The notes beneath the pieces are model-generated. The model was not told the origin of the DNA and made no database searches. It saw only the letters and a program-made list of their open reading frames with translations. From Planctomycetales bacterium (GTDB lineage Bacteria; Omnitrophota; Gorgyraeia; Zapsychrales; Zapsychraceae), in contig SBBO01000044.1 in NCBI GenBank assembly GCA_005239675.1, positions 5,408 through 69,407 on the forward strand: DNA of 64,000 nt. The letters are read 5' to 3'. Positions 9,149-19,645 of this stretch are shown piece by piece (the stretch's first letter is position 1; the number at the start of each line of letters is the position of its first letter). Position numbers and translations under genes: made by a program.

Positions 9149-10771
9149 TCAATTCGCCTGATCCTCTTTAGCCGCCATGTCGAGGAATTGCTTGATCCTA
9201 CGGGAGCGGGTAGGGTGACGCAACTTACGCAAGGCCTTAGATTCAATTTGACGGACGCGTTCACGCGTGACATTGAATTCGCTTCCAACCTCTTCCAATG
9301 TCCTTGTTGTCCCGTCATGGATACCGAAGCGTAATTCCAGGATCTTACGCTCCCTTTCCTCTAAGGTATACAATACATGCGCAATCTCGTCTTTGAGCAT
9401 CGATTGAAGCGTGGCGTTAGCCGGGGAAATGGCCCGTTTGTCCTCGATAAAATCTCCAAAATGCGTATCACCTTCATCGCCAATGGGGGTCTGTAACGAA
9501 ATCGGTACCTGAGAAATCTTAAGGATCTCTTTGACCTTGCTAACCGCAATGCGCATTTGTTTGGCGATTTCCTGGGCAGAGGGTTCCCGCCCGTATTCCT
9601 GGACAAACAAACGCGAGACACGGATGATTTTATTGATGGTCTCGGTCATGTGTACCGGTATACGAATCGTGCGCGCCTGATCCGCGATTGAACGGGTGAT
9701 GGCCTGTCGAATCCACCAGGTTGCGTAGGTCGAAAATTTATAACCACGCTTATATTCAAATTTCTCGACAGCGCGAATAAGCCCCATATTACCCTCCTGA
9801 ATCAAATCCAGGAAAGAAAGCCCACGGTTGATATATTTTTTAGCAATACTGACCACCAGACGCAGATTTGCCTCCACGAGAAGCTTCTTGGCCTTATTGA
9901 ATTTGGCCTGCCGTAATTTGACGGTCCCCAACTGTTCTTTAACGATTCCTATGCCTTGGCCGAGGTCTCTGGCTAATTTTGTTCTTTGCGATCGTAACGA
10001 CCGTAGATTGGTCATCTTTTTTCTAGCCTTTAACATCTTGTCCATTTTTTCGATGCGGCTTAGAATATCTTGAATTTCATGGACCACGGCTTCGTTAAAG
10101 GATGCTGTTAGTTTAAACTTGGCAAGGGTCACGGCAGATTTTTCCGAGCCGATCTTGGTGCGGCTGACCCCCTGTTTAATCTTCTTGAGATCCCGAATCA
10201 ACTTGGGACGCCGTTCCAACTCGTCCTTAATGACATCTTCGACATTTACCTCGCCACATAGGACCTGACCGATCACCTTCAGCGCCGCCTTACGGGCATA
10301 GACCGTCTTATAAATGGCTTGGGCGAATTTAATCTCAGCGTCTTCGATCCTGCGGGCCAGATTGATCTCGTTCTCCCGGGACAACAAAGGAATGGAGCCC
10401 ATCTGCTTGAGATACATCTTCACTGGATCATCCAGCGGGATAAATTTTTCCGCATAGACCTCTTCATCCCGATTTTCCTCGCGCACGCGGCGAATCTCCT
10501 GCTCACGAGACTCCTCATCAAGCTTATCGGTCGTATCCGGCTCTTCGTCTCCATCGGGATCAGGCTCTTCAATAACCTTGATGTCCTTACCGTCGAGGAT
10601 ATCAAAAACCTTGTCAATTTCCTCAGCGGAATGCACCTCATCCGATAAAGTTTCATTGACCTCGGTATAGGTCAAGAACCCTTTTTTCTTGCCCAACTCG
10701 ACTAGCTTATCGATGTCGTTTTTAAAACCGCCTTGCGCTGTTGTCTGTTTCATGTTTTTTAAAAACCTCAT
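9149..10771 (-). CDS. rpoD: RNA polymerase primary sigma factor
   Basis: 540 aa. Acidic region 1, region 2 motif [12 protein letters not shown], and region 4.2 motif [28 protein letters not shown]. The ATG overlaps the dnaG stop (ATGA). An alternative start is at 10753. Confidence 0.93.
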   Translation of the reverse strand: MRFLKNMKQTTAQGGFKNDIDKLVELGKKKGFLTYTEVNETLSDEVHSAEEIDKVFDILDGKDIKVIEEPDPDGDEEPDTTDKLDEESREQEIRRVREENRDEEVYAEKFIPLDDPVKMYLKQMGSIPLLSRENEINLARRIEDAEIKFAQAIYKTVYARKAALKVIGQVLCGEVNVEDVIKDELERRPKLIRDLKKIKQGVSRTKIGSEKSAVTLAKFKLTASFNEAVVHEIQDILSRIEKMDKMLKARKKMTNLRSLRSQRTKLARDLGQGIGIVKEQLGTVKLRQAKFNKAKKLLVEANLRLVVSIAKKYINRGLSFLDLIQEGNMGLIRAVEKFEYKRGYKFSTYATWWIRQAITRSIADQARTIRIPVHMTETINKIIRVSRLFVQEYGREPSAQEIAKQMRIAVSKVKEILKISQVPISLQTPIGDEGDTHFGDFIEDKRAISPANATLQSMLKDEIAHVLYTLEERERKILELRFGIHDGTTRTLEEVGSEFNVTRERVRQIESKALRKLRHPTRSRRIKQFLDMAAKEDQAN

Positions 10772-12549
10772 GTCTTAACGAACCGATTAAATTGTTGAGT
10801 TAATTCACTAACGCGGGAAGAATTCCCCGCTGCCTCCGCTTCCCGAATCTGTTGCACAAACCCCTGGCGACGTATCTTCAGCTGGTTGTGCTTAATGCGA
10901 TTAATGCAGTCCTGATACATCTTCTCACGGTCGCCAACGACCTCTGCCTCAGCTACAATTCCTGAGAGCATCTCTTGGATGGCGGCGTCCTTAAAACTAC
11001 TGATCAGACTAACCGTGTCTATTCTTTTTCCATCTTGAAAAAATTCAAAGATCTTGGCAATAGCCACCCGTATGCTGGTATCTTGAAAATCCGACGGATG
11101 CAATTCCTGTTTGACCTTTGGAATGAAATCCCCCTCTTCCATCATGAGCTTGAGCAAACCGCGCTCAACGGCCTGACCCCGTAGCCCAGCCCCATGGGCC
11201 GGCAGTCCTTCCTGAATCTTCAACAAAGATGAAGAGGGCAAGGTCTGTCTGACTTTCTTGTATTCCCGAATAAGGGTCTCCTGTGTCACATCGAGCGCCC
11301 GGGCCAGCTGTTTGATATATTCCGCCTTGACTAATTCATTACCGAAACGGTATATCGTCGGGAGCATAGCTGCTGCTATCTTCGCCTTGCCATCCACGGT
11401 GTCGCTATCATGACGACGCGTCAAGACATCCAACTTATAATCGAAGATCGTCTTGGCCGCTTGGATACGTTCGCGTAACTTATTGGCTCCGTAGCGATGA
11501 ACAAAAGAATCAGGGTCTTCGCCTTCCTCAAGCATGGCGACCCTTACTTCCATGCCCTCTTCGATAAGGGTATCGAGGCTGCGCATCATCGCGGCCTCTC
11601 CCGCGGGATCCATATCAAAAAGCATTACAAGCCGCGGTGTATACCGACGCAGCAACCGGATCTGCTCAACCGTCAAGGCCGTCCCCAAAGACGCCACGAC
11701 ATTCTGAATATTGGCCTGGTGTGCCGTCAGGCAATCCACATATCCTTCCACCATCACCACGCCATCTTCATCGGCAATCGCCTGTTTGGCCAAATGAAAG
11801 CCGTACAGATGGTGGCCTTTAGTATAAAGGATTGTCTCGGGCGAATTGATGTATTTGGCTCCCTCACCTTCAACCATGGCTCGGGCCCCAAAGGCACGGC
11901 AGTGCGCACGCGTATCAAAGATGGGAAAGATAATCCGATTGCGGAAACGGTCGTAATATCCTGAGCCATTTTCCCGCGCCACGATCAATCCCGCCTTTTC
12001 CATCAAGCCAAGACTAATCCCTTCTTGGCGAAGATGCGTCAAAAGCGCATCCCAGCTATTGGGGGCGAATCCCAACTGAAACCGACGAACTATGTCTAAC
12101 TCTATGGCACGCTTTTTTAAATATTCCCGGGCGCCCTTGGCCGCGGCGGATTGATCAGCGAGTAATGTCTTATGAAAGAAATTGACTGCCAGGCCATTAA
12201 TCCGCAGTATCGCCTGGCGAATATTTGTTACATGCAGCGCATGGGGCGCCTCATCGCTGGGAATCGTCACATTGACTTTCTGGGCCAACATGCGGATGGC
12301 CTCCGGGAATTCCAGTCGCTCCTGCCTCATAACAAAATTGACAATGTTTCCCCCAACCCCGCAGCCGAAACAATGAAAAATTTGTTTTTCGGGAGTAACG
12401 ACAAACGACGGTGTCTTTTCATGATGAAAAGGGCATAGGGCCTTGAAATTACACCCCATCCGTTTGAGCGGGATATAGGAAGCGATAACTTCAACGATAT
12501 CGCAACGATCAATAACTTGCGCCACGATTTCTTCAGGAATGCGCCCCAT
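10768..12549 (-). CDS. dnaG: DNA primase
   Basis: Zinc finger [36 protein letters not shown] motifs VMVEGYVD and LFDMDPAG. The start at 12549 is preceded by GGAGG at 6-nt spacing. Confidence 0.92.
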   Translation of the reverse strand: MGRIPEEIVAQVIDRCDIVEVIASYIPLKRMGCNFKALCPFHHEKTPSFVVTPEKQIFHCFGCGVGGNIVNFVMRQERLEFPEAIRMLAQKVNVTIPSDEAPHALHVTNIRQAILRINGLAVNFFHKTLLADQSAAAKGAREYLKKRAIELDIVRRFQLGFAPNSWDALLTHLRQEGISLGLMEKAGLIVARENGSGYYDRFRNRIIFPIFDTRAHCRAFGARAMVEGEGAKYINSPETILYTKGHHLYGFHLAKQAIADEDGVVMVEGYVDCLTAHQANIQNVVASLGTALTVEQIRLLRRYTPRLVMLFDMDPAGEAAMMRSLDTLIEEGMEVRVAMLEEGEDPDSFVHRYGANKLRERIQAAKTIFDYKLDVLTRRHDSDTVDGKAKIAAAMLPTIYRFGNELVKAEYIKQLARALDVTQETLIREYKKVRQTLPSSSLLKIQEGLPAHGAGLRGQAVERGLLKLMMEEGDFIPKVKQELHPSDFQDTSIRVAIAKIFEFFQDGKRIDTVSLISSFKDAAIQEMLSGIVAEAEVVGDREKMYQDCINRIKHNQLKIRRQGFVQQIREAEAAGNSSRVSELTQQFNRFVKT

Positions 12550-12800
12550 GGCTGCCTCCATCCCACCCTTCTAAGCCTTGTCCTTAATCCCTTAGCCGAA
12601 GAACCCCCTCCACTGAATAGATATCGGTAGATGCGCTGAAGTATAACATAGGCCTAAGATGGTGTCAAGAAAGCGCTTCCAAAAGGTCATCAAAATATAC
12701 CTATCACAACTCTTTTATTATAAATAAGTTACAATATGATTATAAAATATCTATAGAAAATAATTAGAACAATCCATATTTTTGGCATTATTTCTTGCCA

Positions 12801-12828
12801 TCGACCTGCTTGGCAGATAAAATATAAT
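12801..12828 (+). promoter_or_regulatory. candidate sigma70-type promoter giving a leaderless transcript for the GGDEF gene
   Basis: TCGACC (12801-12806), a 16-nt spacer, then TATAAT (12823-12828). The ATG at 12836 lies 7 nt after the -10 box and no Shine-Dalgarno lies between them. Confidence 0.3.
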
Positions 12829-12835
12829 CGAACCC

Positions 12836-14017
12836 ATGAGTACTAACCTTACAACTGACATCCTGGCTCTCCAGAAAAAAATTGCCCAGGCCAACAGAGA
12901 GCTGACTGTACTCTATGAAGTCAGTAACGCCATGCGCGCGACACTGGATCTAGATCACATCCTGTACATTATCCTCACGTGCGTGACGGCCCATACGGGT
13001 CTAGGGTTCAACCGCGGAGTCCTTTTCCTGGTTAACCAAAAAGAGCGCACTCTGGAACCTCAGATGGCCATCGGGCCTGAGTCGGGAGAACACGCCGAGA
13101 AGATATGGCGATATATCTCGACTATAAAACCTCACATTGAAGATTTGATCAAAAAAGAGAATGTCGCTGCCAACATAGAGCGCTCCACATTGTTTCAATC
13201 AATCAAAGATTTGAAAATCCCCCTGGAGATCAATAGCGCGAGTCCTTTGGTTAGGGCTTACCACACCGGTGTCGGTGTCCATATCACGCATGACCAAATT
13301 GGTCACTACATCCATGATGCATTCCTACAAAGATTTAAAACACATGAACTGGTCGTCATGCCCCTCAAGACAAAAAACAACGTCAATGGCCTTATTGTCG
13401 CTGACAATCTATTTACCCAAAAACCGATTACCTCTGATGACCTGCGCATCTTCACGATGCTCTCCAACCAGGCGGGTCTGGCCATCGAGAACGCCAATCT
13501 ATACGAATTAGTACGCTCTAAAAGCCATACCGACTCCATCACCAATTTATGGAATCACGGATTCTTTCAAGAGCGACTTTCCACTGAGATTGAAGCCGCG
13601 CTCAAAGACAACCAACCCTTAAGCCTATTGATGATTGATGTCGATGACTTCAAAAGGTTAAATGATACTTATGGACACTATAACGGCGATATTGTTTTAA
13701 AAGAAATCGCCCAAATCCTAAAAGGATGCTCAAGGGAAGATAACTATGCCTGCCGTTACGGGGGTGAAGAATTCGCTATTATTCTTCCCCAAATACCCCG
13801 CGCCCAGGGGTTGGTCATCGCAGAACGTATCTGCAAGAAAGTAGCCGATCATCCTATCCAACTTGCCTCCCCGGAAGAAAAACTTCATGTCACAGTCAGT
13901 ATCGGCATCGCAACCGTGCCTGATGAGGCGCACACCAAGGCAACGTTGATCGCCAAGGCCGACAAAGCGATGTACGTCGCTAAATTCAGCGGTAAAAATC
14001 GGATATGCTGTCTTTAA
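12836..14017 (+). CDS. GAF domain-containing diguanylate cyclase (GGDEF)
   Basis: 393 aa. N-terminal GAF-like region. C-terminal GGDEF domain with LLMIDVDDFKRLNDTYGH and the active-site motif RYGGEEF. It is one of only two plus-strand coding features in the window. Confidence 0.88.
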   Translation: MSTNLTTDILALQKKIAQANRELTVLYEVSNAMRATLDLDHILYIILTCVTAHTGLGFNRGVLFLVNQKERTLEPQMAIGPESGEHAEKIWRYISTIKPHIEDLIKKENVAANIERSTLFQSIKDLKIPLEINSASPLVRAYHTGVGVHITHDQIGHYIHDAFLQRFKTHELVVMPLKTKNNVNGLIVADNLFTQKPITSDDLRIFTMLSNQAGLAIENANLYELVRSKSHTDSITNLWNHGFFQERLSTEIEAALKDNQPLSLLMIDVDDFKRLNDTYGHYNGDIVLKEIAQILKGCSREDNYACRYGGEEFAIILPQIPRAQGLVIAERICKKVADHPIQLASPEEKLHVTVSIGIATVPDEAHTKATLIAKADKAMYVAKFSGKNRICCL

Positions 14018-14086
14018 AAAGAGCGTACCGCAACCATACCCGCAGGGCTCCCTAGAACGACTGGAAATGGTCAGGAGCTACCTTCC

Positions 14087-17000
14087 TCAGGCGCTGGCAA
14101 GGGCTGGGGCCGGCTCTTCTTCCTTTTCGCTGGATAATTTGACCGAGACAATACGCGACACGCCCATCTCTGGCATCGTAATGCCATACATAATATCAGC
14201 GCTCGATATCGTCTTTTTATTGTGGGTAATAACGATGAATTGGGCGATCTTGGCAAATTCTTTCAAAAGATAGCTAAACCTGCCGACATTGGAATCATCA
14301 AGGGCGGCGTCGATCTCATCTAAGATACAAAAAGGGCTCGGGTTGACCTTGAATACCCCAAAGATAAGGGCAATCGCCGTCAAAGTTTTCTCCCCACCGG
14401 AAAGAAGGCTAATATTCTGCAATTTCTTACCCGGTGGCCGCGCGATAATATCAATGCCAGATTCTAAGACATTCTCAGTGTCTAAAAGAACTAGCTGTGC
14501 CTCCCCTCCCCCAAAAAGCATCTTAAAATAAATACGAAACTCTTCGCTCACCTTAGTGAAAGTATCCAAAAACATCTGACGGGTGGAGCGATTGATTTTA
14601 GTGATGGTATTCATCAGCTGCGATTTAGCCTCTAGAAGATCGCTTTGCTGTTGCGTTAAAAATTCAAAACGTTTCCTAAGTTCTTCCGATTCCTCAATGG
14701 CGACCAGATTAACGTTACCGAAGCCCGCGCAACGTTGACGCAGGCGCTCAATCTGCGCTAAGGTCTCCTCTACGTTGGCGCTGTCAAGCGGTGTCTCGGT
14801 CTCTGGCGATAACCCCATTTCCTCTAAATTCACTTTGTATGTTTGCAACAGCCGGTCTTTGAGCCCTTTTTCTTGATAGACCAGCCCTTGCTCTTTGAGC
14901 TCTTGGGCGTGAATGTCCCTTTGGATGCGGTCAACAGTCTGCTCGAGGTCTGCCTGGTTGGCACGGGCACAATCGATCTTCTCGCTCGCCTCCTTTTTTT
15001 GTCGCGCGTCATCAGCCAGCATCTGTGCTAATGATTCTTTTTTTCTTTTAATCACCTCGATGCGTTCAGACACGACCTGGTTCTCCTGTTCTAGCTGCAC
15101 AACACGTGCAGCGCCAGCCACCAGCTCATCATCCATGCGCTTGATTTCCTCTAACCCGCTATCCAAATCCCTAGAAAACATCTCCAGGTGTTCCTGAGAA
15201 TTCTCTAGTTTGTCTCTATACGATTCCAACTCAGCCTCTGTCTGAGCGATGGCGACCGTCACCTCTTCTTTCTCCTGTGATTTAGTGGTAATCATCTCCT
15301 GCTCAGTCTTGATATCCGCCTGAGACCAGCTGATCTCCTGATTGACCGTATCGAGCTGATAATTCAGTTGTCCTTCCTCCCTTTGGGCGCCAGCAAGAGA
15401 TTGATCGACTTCCTGCAATTCAGAAATGACTAATTCTAGTTCTTCACGCAACTTATTGGCCTTTTCGTCTAAATCCTCACGCTGGGCCTGGACAACCGAT
15501 AGGGCCCGCTCCTGGTCATGGATCGTCTGCTGGATATCGCGGAAGACCTGGACCTCGTGTTCAATCTTAGTTACATCGGCGTGTACGCGTATCCTCAATG
15601 CCTGCAGCTCGATCTGAATTGCCTCAATTTTCTTCGAGATTTCCTGTGGGTCAAGTTCAATGAATTTGGCTTCACAGGTAATTTCGTAGAGCTGCGCAAC
15701 ATCATGAGAGGCAAACGGTTCTTTTAAAAGACCAAGTTGATCGTCGTGCACAGTGTGTACTGCCTTGACCTTCCCGATAATACCCGTCTGGTGCCCCAAT
15801 GGTGCCGCCGGCGTAATTAAGCGTCCCGCAACTACTGGATCCGGCATATCGTGATATTGAGCGTGTAGGCGTTCGATAAAATCCTTCTGCGAACTATAAA
15901 ATAATGCCTTTTTCTCTAAATCATCAACGGTCTCCCTTAGGGCAGCCAAGGCAGAGCGCAACTGATCCAAGTTGACCCCTTGATCGTTTCTCGCTTTTTC
16001 CAAATCAAGTATCTTTTCCTTAAGCGCACGCATCTCTTCTTCGACCTGGGACAATCTCTTTTCCATATCCTTATTCTCGATAGAAATCTTCTCACGCTCA
16101 ATCTCCAGACGCCGCTGACGAGCAAGATCGCCCTGGATCTCTTTCATGGTGTCGGTCAATTGATTACGAATAGCGACCTGTTGAGCGCTTAATGACATGA
16201 TCTTCTCTTCGTTGTGCGCAATCTTGTCCTTCGCCGTCCTAATGGCAGATTCACAGCACTTAAGCTCAAGGCGCTTTTCCTTGAGGCCCTCTGCATTGTG
16301 CTGCAACGTTCCCTGGATTATGCTCAACTCCTGTCGTAAGTTCTCAATCTTCTCCTGTTGGAGGCGGCAGCGTTCTATAAGCTGTTTTTTTTGCTCTTTC
16401 ATACGCTCGGCGTTTTGCTGGATCTCAACTACCCTCTCCTGGTTAAAGTCGATCTGACGATTGTCCAGATCGATCTGACCATCAGTTTTGATCTCCTGAG
16501 CATGGGCATCGCTCATCTTCAACTCTAATTGAGCAAGATGGTCCATTTCCTGTGTCAGTAACCCGATATGCTCCTCCAGTTGCTGGTTCGTTTCTACTTT
16601 TTTGTCTTGAAGTACCCGGATTGCATAACCAATCTCCTCACGCCTTTGACACAACGACCGTACCTCATAACGAGCCAGGCAAATCTCGAGACGCTCGAGA
16701 TTCTTAAATTCCTCTTGAAACCTGCGCGCCTTGTTGGCTTGGCGGTCGATAGCGGCGATCTGCCGTTGAACTTCGATGATGATGTCGTTGAGACGCAAGA
16801 GGTTGTTTTCCGTATCACCCAGCTTGTTTAGGGCCTCTCTCTTTTTCGTCTTATATTTAGTGATACCAGAGGCTTCATCGAAAATCATACGCCGATCTTC
16901 AGGCTTGGCGCTCACGACCAAATCGACCTTGCCCTGTTGGATAAGTGAATATGCCTGCGCCCCAATACCCGTACCCATCAAGAGCTCCTGGATATCTTTG

Positions 17001-17362
17001 AGGCGCACAATCGTTTTATTCAGCATATATTCACTCTCACCGGAACGGAACAAGCGTCGGGTGATTGTCACCTCGTCATATTCAATGGGAAGCATGCGCG
17101 ACTGGTTAGAAAGCGTTAGACTCACCTCCGCAAACCCCAGGGAAGATTTTTGAGCTGTCCCATTAAAGATAACGTCTTCCATCGCAGCGCCGCGCAGCTC
17201 TTTAGTGCTCTGCTCACCCAACGACCAACGGATGGCATCAAAGATATTGCTTTTGCCACAACCATTGGGGCCTACGATTGCCGTGATACCCGGCTCAAAA
17301 TTTAAAACGGTTCTATCGGCAAACGACTTAAAACCAAATAGCTCCATTTTTTTAAAATACAT
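14087..17362 (-). CDS. smc: chromosome segregation protein SMC
   Basis: 1091 aa. Walker [10 protein letters not shown], long coiled coils with a hinge, signature [13 protein letters not shown], and Walker [22 protein letters not shown] precedes the ATG at 17362. Confidence 0.93.
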   Translation of the reverse strand: MYFKKMELFGFKSFADRTVLNFEPGITAIVGPNGCGKSNIFDAIRWSLGEQSTKELRGAAMEDVIFNGTAQKSSLGFAEVSLTLSNQSRMLPIEYDEVTITRRLFRSGESEYMLNKTIVRLKDIQELLMGTGIGAQAYSLIQQGKVDLVVSAKPEDRRMIFDEASGITKYKTKKREALNKLGDTENNLLRLNDIIIEVQRQIAAIDRQANKARRFQEEFKNLERLEICLARYEVRSLCQRREEIGYAIRVLQDKKVETNQQLEEHIGLLTQEMDHLAQLELKMSDAHAQEIKTDGQIDLDNRQIDFNQERVVEIQQNAERMKEQKKQLIERCRLQQEKIENLRQELSIIQGTLQHNAEGLKEKRLELKCCESAIRTAKDKIAHNEEKIMSLSAQQVAIRNQLTDTMKEIQGDLARQRRLEIEREKISIENKDMEKRLSQVEEEMRALKEKILDLEKARNDQGVNLDQLRSALAALRETVDDLEKKALFYSSQKDFIERLHAQYHDMPDPVVAGRLITPAAPLGHQTGIIGKVKAVHTVHDDQLGLLKEPFASHDVAQLYEITCEAKFIELDPQEISKKIEAIQIELQALRIRVHADVTKIEHEVQVFRDIQQTIHDQERALSVVQAQREDLDEKANKLREELELVISELQEVDQSLAGAQREEGQLNYQLDTVNQEISWSQADIKTEQEMITTKSQEKEEVTVAIAQTEAELESYRDKLENSQEHLEMFSRDLDSGLEEIKRMDDELVAGAARVVQLEQENQVVSERIEVIKRKKESLAQMLADDARQKKEASEKIDCARANQADLEQTVDRIQRDIHAQELKEQGLVYQEKGLKDRLLQTYKVNLEEMGLSPETETPLDSANVEETLAQIERLRQRCAGFGNVNLVAIEESEELRKRFEFLTQQQSDLLEAKSQLMNTITKINRSTRQMFLDTFTKVSEEFRIYFKMLFGGGEAQLVLLDTENVLESGIDIIARPPGKKLQNISLLSGGEKTLTAIALIFGVFKVNPSPFCILDEIDAALDDSNVGRFSYLLKEFAKIAQFIVITHNKKTISSADIMYGITMPEMGVSRIVSVKLSSEKEEEPAPALASA

Positions 17363-17438
17363 TAAGCCCTCCCATCGTTGTTTTTTAAATTCCCCCTAGA
17401 CGCTCGGGGGATTGCCCCGCGCAGGCAATGAATAACTT

Positions 17439-17705
17439 TTATTGTTTCTTTTTCAAAATATCTCGCACAATGTTGGTGGTCGTTCGTAGCGACGTAAACT
17501 TAGATAAGACCTCTTCTGGGATAACGATTCGGTATTTTTTCTCGATAGCGGCCAGGATTTCAAGGGCCATCATCGAATCCATCCCTAGATTTTTGACAAA
17601 ATGGGCATCGATGTCTATGGCCGTCGACTCCGTTTCCAATATCTCAGCGACCAGTACCCGAATATCCTGTTCTACATTGATACTTGCTGTGTTCGTATTG
17701 TTCAT
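17439..17705 (-). CDS. acyl/peptidyl carrier protein (phosphopantetheine attachment site)
   Basis: ORF 17439..17774 trimmed to the ATG at 17705, which is preceded by GGAGGA. 88 aa. Ser attachment motif FVKNLGMDSMMALEIL. Confidence 0.8.
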   Translation of the reverse strand: MNNTNTASINVEQDIRVLVAEILETESTAIDIDAHFVKNLGMDSMMALEILAAIEKKYRIVIPEEVLSKFTSLRTTTNIVRDILKKKQ

Positions 17706-17820
17706 GAACTCCTCCTTCTTCACCGCAGTAGTTGCGAAAAAAATCTTGCGCCTTGGTTTATCCGGCACTGTCAACCCTGCGACCTGGCCTTAGGGTTGAT
17801 CCTAAGGAGAGGCGAGTTGA

Positions 17821-18033
17821 TCAAGTGCCCCGGGACAAACCAGCAGAGGTAGCTTGCTTTTTTAGTGTCTTGCCATCTAACCAGGCATCAATTTTTTCTT
17901 TCTTAAAACGCCATTGTCCCACCGTCTTGATGGCGGGAATCTTCCCTTTCTTGAGCCATTCGTAAATGGTTCTTCGCTTTACCCGTAGGTATTTGGCTAC
18001 TTCATCGATTGTTAGTAGTTCATGAAATTGCAT
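17821..18033 (-). CDS. excisionase/MerR-superfamily helix-turn-helix DNA-binding protein
   Basis: About 70 aa. LLTIDEVAKYLRVKRRTIYEWLKKGKIPAIKTVGQWRF is typical of the HTH_17 family. Start is the ATG at 18033 or the TTG at 18057. Confidence 0.7.
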   Translation of the reverse strand: MQFHELLTIDEVAKYLRVKRRTIYEWLKKGKIPAIKTVGQWRFKKEKIDAWLDGKTLKKQATSAGLSRGT

Positions 18034-18307
18034 AAAATTAAGGTCTTGACCCTCCAACCAATAGACTTCTTTAATTTAGGGCGCTGACTTAAGTATGTCA
18101 ATATCTTTCTAATATTTTTCTTTTAACATCATTAAATAACAACTAATGTTAGTTAGAGTCATTAATTTACACTTATTTACATATTGTGATATATATTCCG
18201 TGGTCGCGCACATTGTAAATATTTAACGCAAATTCTACCCCGCCCCTGGGGCTACGCACGAGGGAAGCATAAAAAACGTGGGTGCATACTACAATCGAGG
18301 CTAAACG

Positions 18308-18420
18308 ATGATGAGCGATAAAAAACTATTCATTGGGGATTTGAGCAAACGAACCGATGTCCCAGTTAGGACCATCCGCTATGATGAGGATTGCCACCTC
18401 TTGGATAGACCGGAAAGAAC
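18308..18420 (+). pseudogene. truncated MerR-family regulator (N-terminal HTH remnant only)
   Basis: LFIGDLSKRTDVPVRTIRYDEDCHLLDRPERT matches the MerR HTH consensus (IGELAKxTGVSxRTIRYYExxGLLxPxR). Similarity ends about 15 nt before the convergent fabV stop. The rest of ORF 18308..18502 is antisense to fabV. Confidence 0.4.
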
Positions 18421-18434
18421 TTGGTCTAAACGGT

Positions 18435-19637
18435 TCACGGGTAAGACAAAGAAGGCAGCTTTTGTTCGGGGTCCACATCGGCGTTATAGTCAACCCCTTT
18501 GAGCCCAAAGCCAAAAAGTCTTAAAAAATCCTCGCGGTATCCATCTAAGTCCGCCAGCTGGGCGAGATTGCTATCGGTTAGCTTGTCCCAATTGTGTTGC
18601 ACTTGCGCCTGTACATCGGGGCGTATTTCAAGGTCGTCCATGCGGATGAGGCCATGATTGTCTACCAAGATCGGGCCGCTGGCATAAAGACGAGTTCTAA
18701 ACAACCGGTCGATTTGGGCAATGCAATCCTCATAAATACCTTTTTCTTTCATCGCTTTATTGAGCAATACAAAATAGAGTGGAATAACGGGTATTGCGGA
18801 ACTGGATTGCGTCACCAGGGCCTTATTTGCCGAGACAAGTGCACAACCCTTGATCTTGTGGAGACGTTCATCTAGTCTGCGTGCCGTCATCTCTAGATGA
18901 TCTTTGGCTCGGCCAATCGTCCCTTCACGGTAGATCGAGCGCGTGATCTCTGGACCAACATAGGAATACGCAACCGTCATCGCCCCCTCATTTAACAAGC
19001 CTTGCGTGGTCAAGGCATCAATCCAATATTCCCAATCTTCTCCACCCATAACCGAGACCGTTTGTTCAATCTCCTCTGGCGTGGCCGCAGGAAGCGTCAC
19101 TGTCTCCAATGTATTAGTCGCGACATCGAGCGATTGACCCACGTAAATTTTCCCAATAGGCTTTAAGACCGATTTAGCGATCTGACCTGTTCGCGGATGT
19201 TGTCGGCGAGGAGCAGCCAGGCTATAAATAACAAGATCGATGGGCCCTAGGTCCTTCTTAATAGTGGCAACGGTTTTTTGTTTTATCTCATCGGTGAACG
19301 CATCGCCATTAAAACTTTTCGCATAAAGTCCCGCCTGTGCAGCCTTCTTTTCGAAGGCAACTGCGTTGTACCAGCCGGCTGAGGCCGTGCGTTTATTCTC
19401 TGCTTCTTTTTCAAAAAATACACCTACGGTCCCTGCGCCACAACCAAAGGCAGCCGCAATACGAGAGGCCAGGCCATAACCCGTCGAGGCCCCGATGACC
19501 AAGACCTTCTTAGGGCCTTGGGCGATTTTGCCTTGCTTGAGAACATAATCAATCTGTTCCTGTACATTTTGAGCACATCCCTGAGGATGGGCGGTAGTAC
19601 AAATAAAACCTCTTATCTTAGGTTGAACAATCATCAA
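18435..19637 (-). CDS. fabV: trans-2-enoyl-CoA/ACP reductase (FabV/TER family)
   Basis: 400 aa. Starts MIVQPKIRGFICTTAHPQGC, with GASTGYGLASRIAAAFG and overall FabV length and architecture. Confidence 0.85.
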   Translation of the reverse strand: MMIVQPKIRGFICTTAHPQGCAQNVQEQIDYVLKQGKIAQGPKKVLVIGASTGYGLASRIAAAFGCGAGTVGVFFEKEAENKRTASAGWYNAVAFEKKAAQAGLYAKSFNGDAFTDEIKQKTVATIKKDLGPIDLVIYSLAAPRRQHPRTGQIAKSVLKPIGKIYVGQSLDVATNTLETVTLPAATPEEIEQTVSVMGGEDWEYWIDALTTQGLLNEGAMTVAYSYVGPEITRSIYREGTIGRAKDHLEMTARRLDERLHKIKGCALVSANKALVTQSSSAIPVIPLYFVLLNKAMKEKGIYEDCIAQIDRLFRTRLYASGPILVDNHGLIRMDDLEIRPDVQAQVQHNWDKLTDSNLAQLADLDGYREDFLRLFGFGLKGVDYNADVDPEQKLPSLSYP

Positions 19638-19645
19638 TCTTTGCT

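Noticed and set aside
12783-12798. Sigma54 promoter TGGCAT-N-TTGCC upstream of the GGDEF gene
   Set aside because: The GG-to-GC spacing is one nt longer than the strict -24/-12 geometry. No enhancer-binding protein gene is nearby. I keep it only as a remark.
17391-17429. Intrinsic terminator after the carrier-protein gene
   Set aside because: Two adjacent stem-loops exist, but on the transcribed (minus) strand they are followed by an A-rich tract, not a U-rich one. smc probably reads through or has its own promoter.
18308-18502. Intact 64-aa MerR-like regulator
   Set aside because: Only the first ~37 residues resemble MerR. The dimerisation and effector regions are missing, and the 3' part is antisense to the fabV coding sequence. 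I treat it as a remnant.
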